DNA of 60,013 nucleotides, filler included, from Sphacelaria rigidula (taxonomy: Eukaryota): assembly GCA_964200075.2 (NCBI GenBank). It is 10 parts of 10 records of this genome, joined end to end, with 100 filler letters (N's around TTAATTAATTAA, not from the genome) between each part and the next. Parts side by side here need not be neighbours in the genome. Positions count along the whole stretch, not along the records: positions 48,092 to 54,002 come from CAXNAA020023556.1; positions 54,103 to 60,013 come from CAXNAA020023557.1; 8 more parts are not named here. One strand, 5' to 3'. The stretch's first letter is position 1; each line of letters starts with the position of its first letter. Positions 52,101 through 60,013 of this stretch are shown piece after piece. A program made the position numbers and the translations under genes. The notes under the pieces were generated by a model, which was given only the letters and a program-made list of their open reading frames with translations, had not been told where the DNA came from and ran no database searches.

Positions 52101-53472
52101 AGAACGTTCACACCCGGTGGCGTTAAGCAATCTAGAGTCTACAGGGATAAATCATGGGACAACACACACAAAAAAAGGAAGACAACACAAGTACGCGACG
52201 CCTGAAGCGACAACCCTAGACCAAAAGCACAAAGCAGGTCGCACCTGAACGACAACAGCACCGCCGCCGAGCTCCTTCACGCCTATCCCAAGCTTCGTCG
52301 ATCCGTCCGTGTGGACATCTACCGTGAACGTCACCAGCCCCGATTCGGCGCCCCCCCCCCCGCCACCCCCGCCCCCGCTCGCCGACCCTCTCATGTCGCC
52401 ACCACCACCTCCGCCGCCGCCGGTCGTGGTGGTAGTGCCGAAGAGTTTGGCGGCGATGTCCAACACGGCCGAGACGCCGTTTTTCACGGATGTTGACGTC
52501 GAGAGGGGTGCCTCCTGTCAAGGGTTGGTATGGGGATGGTCGGAAGATATGCCTCACAAATTGATTATTCGACGCGACCAGTTCCCATTCAAGGACTGGG
52601 TGGTTTGTCAAATTGAAAAAGTGAAAGATTTGGGACGGATGGGTGTACATTTTGCGACGCGTCTGGGTTAAGCTGTGTTGAAGGGTTTTCTTGCTTCGTT
52701 GGATTTGCGGTGCGGCGACTGAAAAACGGCGAGCGGGGTAGAGTACTCTGTCGCGTTTGGTGCACAGACCTGCAACATGGGTCTTTCATCGTGTCACACA
52801 TCGGATAACTCAGGAGTAAACTCAAGCCATGTGGTATAACTCATCCCGCGGGGAAAGGTATTGCTGAGTTGTGCCCTACGAGTATATAACTCAGGGAGTG
52901 GAAAATGGTACCGCTGGGTTACACAGTATAACTCAGTAGCTGAGTCATACGAAAATGAGTTATATGAGTTGAGTTGTCCGATATACTACCCTGACCCAGG
53001 CGGTAACAGTCGACGGTTCGGCGCACGAAGCGGACTGATATTACTACATCGAATAAAATCAATCGACCCAACTCAGACTCCGCGATTCAGGCAACACGGA
53101 AGGAAAACGATGTCATCGTCACTACACACCAGCAACCCCGCCAACATCGAAACACACCTGCACCTCTCCCACGGATGGATGTCTTTCCCTGTCGCGTTGC
53201 CACCGCTCGGAATCGCCGACACTCCCGGACGACTTTCGTCTGGAATGTCCCCGAGCGGGATCCGCAGCGGCGGCATCGGCGACCGTGCCGCCGGCACTCT
53301 CCGTCACTGCGGATGACGAAGTATCAAATATGCTAATACCGTTGGCAACAGTTCCGTCGGCGGGCGCGGACCTTTTGCGACTCAGCACTGTTGCTGATGC
53401 GCTGGTAGCCTTTGCTGGTACGGGCGAAGTGAGGGCTCGTCGGAGTTCCGCGGCAGCGCGAAAGTGTCCGAC
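49140..53472 (-). CDS. Partial PDZ-domain protein; exons 53472-53158, 52514-52245, 51640-51473, 51022-50913, 49478-49140
   Basis: The AG/GT exons are phase-consistent. The PDZ reads FTVDVHTDGSTKLGIGVKELGGGAVVVQ|NLHRPVEDTPGPAERAGVAIGDVILGINYVPL. The next exons join as RRAG|ILTSSERHAIAGMILQL. Confidence 0.85.
52795..52987. mobile_element. MITE with a CACACATCGGA terminus and internal TATAACTCA repeats
   Basis: Ends are cacacatcggataactca and tgagttgtccgatatac, with about eight aactca/tgagtt motifs inside. Confidence 0.6.
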
Positions 53473-54102
53473 CTGAGAAAACACCCCAGCCCACGGCGAA
53501 CATGAATACAGCAGCGTTTGGAGAGATGCGCGCGGAGGGAGAATGTATGTGTGTGTGTGATATCAGTTCTCCCGGCAAAATGTTTTATGGACACTTCAAG
53601 AAGCAGACACGAAACACAAGCCAAGTGTATTTCCCTCGTGTTTTTATTTGCGGGGGTCAGTGACATGCTGCAGTCCAGTTGGCCGGAGATACTGATGAGG
53701 GGGGGCTATGCCGCCCAGTCCAGCTATCTTCAGCCGTGGCGATGAGGCGCTAGCAAACAAAACCACAAGCCGAGTTTCCTGGGGTACACACGACCGACCG
53801 CGGTGCGCGAAATAAAAGCATTCACAGAAAACTGTTGACCCCAACGGTTGGGCAAGAGCCCCTCATGTACACACGCGGCGCACACATACGCATCATCCAG
53901 AGAATCTCATTTTCTGCTTTTCACCCCCATCACTAGTCACTGGTGACGCACCCATGAGGCAGTGTATAAGCCGTGGCTATCTCTGGAAGGGGCGATAGCA
54001 CANNNNNNNNNNNNNNNNNNNNNNNNNNNNNNNNNNNNNNNNNNNNTTAATTAATTAANNNNNNNNNNNNNNNNNNNNNNNNNNNNNNNNNNNNNNNNNN
54101 NN

Positions 54103-57100
54103 CGCGTCCAACCACACACTCTTGTATGTCGAACTGTACACATCCTTCACAGACTTGCGGGCTCACTCAATCTCTTCAAGAGTCACGTATGGGATCAACT
54201 CCAACCCAGTCCCTGAGTGTCTTGGGTCCTCCGTGCTTGCCAGCTGAGCTAGGATTTGTTCCGTAGCCCACAAAGCTCCCGTGGCTGTCCACAACGCATT
54301 ATGATCACCCTCATGCTCCCGCAGGTCTGGAACTTGCTGTTGAAATCGCTGCTCCTGACGCTGCTGCAGAAAGGTACGTGTCTGTTGCCTTGTCCGGCCA
54401 AGTGTCGGCTCAACCGAGTCAGGTTGATTCGCGGCATTCCCGCCGCTGCCGACAGACGACGTCTCCGAAAGATCATCATCAAAGGATGAAGACGAAGCAG
54501 ACGGCTGTTGGTCGGAATCTTCGCCGTTGTTACCGCCTCGCTCCTCCTCAGGTTCCACCATCCCATCAGGTCCCTCTGACAAAGAATCACCCGGAACCCC
54601 CCCACCAGTGCCGAGATCCGACTCGTCAGAGTCAGAATCAGAGCTCTCGACATCGCCCTCTCTGCTCTCCACATCCTGTGAGTTTTCCCCTCCCGACGTA
54701 GAAAACGGAACCGCTTGCTGCGATTTTGGGGGGGGTGAGTGCTGCCAAGTAACATCACGAGTAGTGATTACATATCTGCCTTTCGTCTGCATTCTGATGG
54801 TATCACGGGGGTAGTTGTAGCCAGGCCCTCAGTAAAAACACTCCTGTGCTTTCGGCATACAATTCGACGTCCTCTTATACCTACAGTACCCTGGCTTGAA
54901 GGGAGGGAGAAGCTTGACTTCAGGCATTTCACCGTAAAACATCTCATCTGGAGACTCCTTCCCAGGGTTATCAGTGGTAGCAGAACGGTTCAACGCATCT
55001 GCTGCGCAACGATATGACTTAGCCCACATCTTTGCCGGAACATCCACGCCATACAGTACCTTTGCCTGAATCCTAGCTGCCGTAGCAGCTTTCTCAACCA
55101 TCGCGATTGCCCGTTCGGCAACACCATTGTACTCGGGACTATCCGCTGGGGTGTACTCTTGCCTTATGCCACGCTCACGACACAGATCACTGAAAGAACC
55201 TGAAAACTCTCCACCACCGTCAGATCTTACGGTCTCTACAACTGAAGGAATTCACTGTGCTCCTACATCAGCTAGGTATTGCTTAAACGCCCTCGTGTTG
55301 TCAGACTTATGTTTTCCGAAATACATCCAGATTTTCCGGGTGAAATCATCCCGGATGAAAAAAGAGCACTTCATGCCACCTGCACTCTCGACCAATTTCG
55401 GGCCAGACGCATCCATGAACACACGCTCTGAAGGCTTAGCTGCACGCGTAGTGGTGGACGTAGGGATGGGTTTCCGTAACCCTTTTGCCATTGCGCAGCC
55501 TTTGCATTCGTGCAACTTGCCCACCAGTGTCACCCCCAGCTGTTTCGCCGTTTCTCGTAGCAAACCTCCGTGCAGGTGCCCCTGTGACTGGTGAAACAAA
55601 TTATGTCCACCTGATTACGGTCAACAGGCATCTTGCCCGGGGCAAGGACAGCTCGCGCGGATTCATCGGGGTCAGACTGATGGGATTTCGACGAACAATT
55701 GGATGACAGGCTACGGCGGGTTGCGGTCACGACGTCGTTCCTGCTGTCCTTTCAAAAAGCAGTTTCTTCCCACCGGGCAACGTGATTTCAGTGCCCTCTC
55801 TCGTCAGTCTAATCGGCAAACCATGGTCAACCACTCCACTCTGCAGGGAGAAAAGGTTCACGTCCAAATCAGGCACATGTGCCACGCGCTTGGTACTGGC
55901 TCTTAACTTGTCTTCGCCACTACCTATCGACAATAAGATTTTTCTAAAGCCCAAAATTTGCGCATTTTGACTGTTAGCCACCGTTACCGAACGATCAGAG
56001 CAAAGCTCATGGTCATGCATGCAGTCACGCGAAGGGCTCATATGACATGTTGCAGCACTGTCTGTAATCCAAACCTCCTGCCCTCCGACTAATGCCGAGA
56101 TAGCCCCCCCACAAAAACTGCACCGGCACCATCCAACGAACCGGCTGCGATCCCACTATTGGGCTCGCAATTTCGCCTACATGAGAGGCGTGTAGCAGTC
56201 CGAAATCAGCTATAAAGCCCAAATCAGTCGCGCCGTGCAACACGAAACCAGCTTTGACGGCAGTTATAATCATCGCCTCCGTGCACGTTTTCGGCCGGTT
56301 TTGGGGGGGGGCTATCTCGGCAGCAGTCCTCCGTCGTCAAGAACTAGGCAGTCCCCTCGTGTACCATCTACTGCAGACGCGTGTTCGACAGTCCCGACTG
56401 CTATGAAACCAAAGTCTACTGAGCCCTTTAAAAAGTCAGACGTGCACATTGCGACAATTTTGTGGAACTCTTCCGAATGTCCTTTTCCTCCGCACACCTC
56501 GCAAACACGTTCTGGGCACTCAAACTTAAAATGGCCAGTTTTGCCACACTCGTAACAGGTGAGGTTTTTCTAATCTACGACTTTCTTCTTACTCGAGGAA
56601 CTACCGTCACCCCCTGCTTTTTCATCTGACTATGTAGTTTCATCACTCGATCCAGCCGCGGATTTCGGCGACTTTCCGCCCCCTTTTTTGTTACTTCTAT
56701 ATAAGGCACGGTTGTGATCACTACCACGCGAAGTACCCGTTTTCTTCATAGACAGAAATTTATCCTTTACAACGGCTCGGGTCTTCTCGGTCAACGGTGA
56801 TGGTTCGAAACGCAACTGATCTCGACTTGTGGTGTACTCAGCGGGGAGGGAACTTAGGAATTTATCCACTATCATCTCACGGGGAATCTCCAAACCCAAC
56901 GTTACAGAACGCGAGTGCACTGACTGTAGTTGAGTCCAGAACTCGTCTGTATCCTGCCCTTTTGTGTACTTGAGATTGTTGAACTCGTCTAAGACACTCC
57001 TAGCTCCCGAGGATTTGGGAGAGAACTGTTCGTCCAATGCACACCATGCTATGGACGGTGATCGCGAGTCCACAAGGATATGTCTCTCGACCGGATCCTT

Positions 57101-57760
57101 GACAGTGTTCAGGAGTGAAATATACGCAAAGCGAGCTCGCTTGATGTCGTCCTGACTAACACCCAACCCCAACAACTGCGGTCCATTAAGAGGATCAACA
57201 CAAAGCGGTGGGTCGCGAAACAATCCATCTCCGAAACCCCACATGAACGCATATCGCTCTACATCACGCTTTAAAGTCGTCCATCTATGACTTTTGATAC
57301 TTGTGAACTCAGAAATATATTTTGCTTCCAATGTCCTTGAATCCACATACATCAGTAACGACGCTGATTGTGTACTTCCTCGGTTTTGCAAACTGCTATC
57401 GACATTTCGCATACCCCCTGTACCGGGAAAACCAAGACCAGACATCATTTCTAACGATGTACCAGGGGCATGGCTACCTGTTGTGCCCCTGGGCGATGCT
57501 CCCGCCCCCGCCCATAGTCGATCCAATCCCAGACCGGCCGACCCGGTGATATTGTGTCAGCCCCAAACTCTCTCGGGACTGCTACTTCCTGGGCTTCTAG
57601 CTGAGGCGCTCCTGTGCCCCCAGCTGTAGAAACCCCCCTAGCTCGAGACGCTTTCCATTCTTGAAAGCGGTGGTAGTCCTCTGGTGTTATCACCAACGCC
57701 TGAGATGGAGCCTCAAGCTCCTCCACCACACTCCGCTCTTCACCTGTACCGCTCATGATA
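54103..57760 (-). mobile_element. Ty1/copia internal region: gag, protease, integrase (inactive)
   Basis: ATG at 57756; gag AWCALDEQFSPKSSGAR..FNNLKY; knuckles CYECGKTGHFKFEC and CEVCGGKGH; protease WITDSAATCHM; HQSQGH..CKGCAMAK; VRSDGGGEF; SPEYNGVAERAI. Stops and frameshifts are present. Confidence 0.95.
56093..56322. mobile_element. About 230-bp MITE inserted just upstream of the copia protease motif
   Basis: TIRs (TG)CCGAGATAGCCCCCCCC and GGGGGGGGCTATCTCGG(CA). It interrupts the copia reading frame. Confidence 0.85.
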
Positions 57761-57794
57761 CAGCCTTATTATCTACCGTAATTACCCTACTCTT

Positions 57795-58330
57795 TGTTCC
57801 AAGGAACACGCTAGCGTTTTTGGTAGAGTCTAGAGTTGTATCGCTTGAACACCCAATCAATGCTCTACCTAAGGCGTAGAAGGCAATCTCGCACAGCGTC
57901 CGCTGTCGACGATGAAGTTCCAGCAGCAGAGGTGTATTGTTGTCTTTTATTATCTTGTTTATGTCAAACCGCTCATAGGCAGGCAAGCACGCACACACAC
58001 TAAACACGGTGGGGCGAGAGATGCGCAGGCGCATCTCCGTCGAGAATCCTTCTCGAGCTACGGCAAATATATCCTGTTTCATCCCGCAGGAACATACCGT
58101 ATACTACAATATAACTCCCCGTCGTTTCCGGATCATTCGAGAACAAAAGTGAGAACAATCAACACTTTCCAGAACATTCCGAGAATCGATCCGAATCGTC
58201 GTTCTCAGTACCATTTCTGGAAATCACCAGTACCGTTTCCCATCGGTTAATTCGCCACATTTTCCTCCGATAGTCTCGTTATAGTATCCTGGATCTTATA
58301 TTTACCATAAGTGAAATCACACGATTAACA
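57795..58330 (-). mobile_element. LTR lying between copia RNase H and copia gag
   Basis: On the minus strand the PPT AGGGAGGG (58338-58331) is followed by TGTTAA. An AATAAA lies near 57950. The downstream boundary is uncertain. Confidence 0.7.
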
Positions 58331-60013
58331 CCCTCCCTGATTTTGCACACTGGGAAATCAAACGCATGTCGAAAATGCTAATCAATACACAAGAAACACA
58401 TTCAGACCACTTTGACCAAAACTCGTTTCCTGTTCCCGAAGAAACACAAATTATACCCAAGCCATGACCGAAATAGAGTTTGGCCTTGGGTATGACACGA
58501 GTCTCGTGAGAATGCGCTTTGCTCCTAATGAGACACAGTCAGCTACAACCGCGCGGCCGCACCTCACTCCAAACGTTCATAGCTTGACGTAGAAAATACA
58601 AGGTCCAAAACTATAAACCGGTCTCACTTCAACTTTCAATTGTCAAAATCACTTGATTTTCATCAGACACTCCTGTGGGACCTGAAGCTACGAACAGGCG
58701 AAGGTTTCGTCAACACGTCTGCGTGCTGCTTAGGAGACTTGACATACTCCACTCGAATGATTTGTTCAGACACCTATTCCGTCAGAAAATGATGACGCGC
58801 ATCAATGTGCTTACTGTTGTGGGAGCTTCGCGGATTTTTCGCGAGTTGAATCGCCCCCTGCTTATCCCCGTACACCGTCAGTGGCATACAAAATTCCTGC
58901 CTTTGCGGCTGCATAAATTCAGCACCGCCTTCACGAACAGAGCATCCTTCACTACGTCGCCCATCGCTATGTACTCAGTCTGAGGAGAAGAGAGAGTTCA
59001 ATTATTTTGAGTGCTAGAGAAAAATCCTACAACAGCCCCGTAGAAAAATATCGCCTCTCCCGACACTGAACGCCGATCATCGAATTTCGCAAAGTCTGCA
59101 TCCGCATACGCCACCAACTCGTCACTCGAACCCCTAGCATACGTGATTCCCAAGTCTACTGTTGTCTTTAGGTACTCGAAAATCCGCAACACTTTGCGCC
59201 AGTCCTCCGGCGTCGGGTTTTCGTTGTTGCGGGATGCAGCTCTCACGGCGTCAGCGATGTTCGGGCGGGGGTTGATGGAGAACCACATCAAAGATCCCAC
59301 CGCCTCACAGTGCCTCCCCTCGAAATCCTCTCCCTCATCCACCTTGAAATCAGAAGAAACAAACGCAGCGGTCCTTTTGATCGAAAGTTTTTCAAGAATC
59401 CGTTGAGTATACGCAGTCTGAGACAATTTGAGGGTCCCTTTCTCGAGATCGTGTTTGTACTCGCATCCTGCGTACCAGACCAGCTCAACAAGGTTCTTCG
59501 TTGGAAAATCTGCGTTGAGATCCTCTGCCGACTTGTTGCACATAGACTTAGCACCCACAACGAAAATGTCATCGACGTGAACCACAATCAGGACTTTGAC
59601 CTCCTCGCCGTCCATCAGCCTGAACACACACGGGTCTATCAAACTCTGTTCAAAACCCAGACGTTTCAGAGTTTTCCCCAGTTTCCCGCATCACTCTCTA
59701 GCAGCTTGCTTCAAGCCATACAGCGTCTTGTGCAAATACACGACAGTGCCAGATCGTTCACCCAAACCTGGCGGTAGCCTCATGTACACGTCATCCTCTA
59801 GTTCCCACTGAACGAAAGCTTGCTCAACGTCAAAATGAAAAATCGTCTTTCCCTCTGCGCAAGCTACCGCTGCAGCTACTCGGTTAGTCGTAGTGGATGG
59901 GGTTGGTGAGAACGTCGGAATGTCGCCAATTGCTTGCCGATCACCCCTAAAAACCAGCCGAGCCTTAGCCTTCATCACGTAACCATCTTCATCGGTTTCC
60001 CACTGAAAACCTC
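58331..60013 (-). mobile_element. Ty1/copia RT-RNase H and 3' UTR (inactive)
   Basis: Motifs include KARLVFRGDRQ, TFSPT, FDVEQAF, KTLYGLKQA, DPCVF, HVDD, YADADFAK.DDRRSVSG and SKHIDA. Confidence 0.96.

Overview
This is not one locus. It is ten unlinked contigs of 5912 or 5911 nt, apparently sorted by length and joined by artificial 100-nt spacers (44 N + TTAATTAATTAA + 44 N). The contigs are 1-5912, 6013-11924, 12025-17936, 18037-23947, 24048-29958, 30059-35969, 36070-41980, 42081-47991, 48092-54002 and 54103-60013. The DNA is eukaryotic, repeat-dense and intron-rich, with short exons and 0.3-1.8 kb GT-AG introns. It most resembles a brown alga or other stramenopile; this is inferred from gene architecture and repeat style. 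Host gene fragments assembled by splice phase are a Kv-like channel with a non-canonical pore signature, an importin-alpha 3' end with a damaged last exon, a thioredoxin-fold protein, a PDZ protein and an unknown spliced ORF. Most of the rest is transposon material: decayed Ty1/copia and Ty3/gypsy elements, hAT and mariner remnants, several MITE families, a tRNA-like SINE head and an abundant G-run-anchored repeat. No prokaryotic operon, CRISPR array, rRNA or intact tRNA is supported. The best candidates for something new are the odd-filter channel, the poly(G)/poly(C)-anchored repeat family and a circularly permuted or tandem copia.
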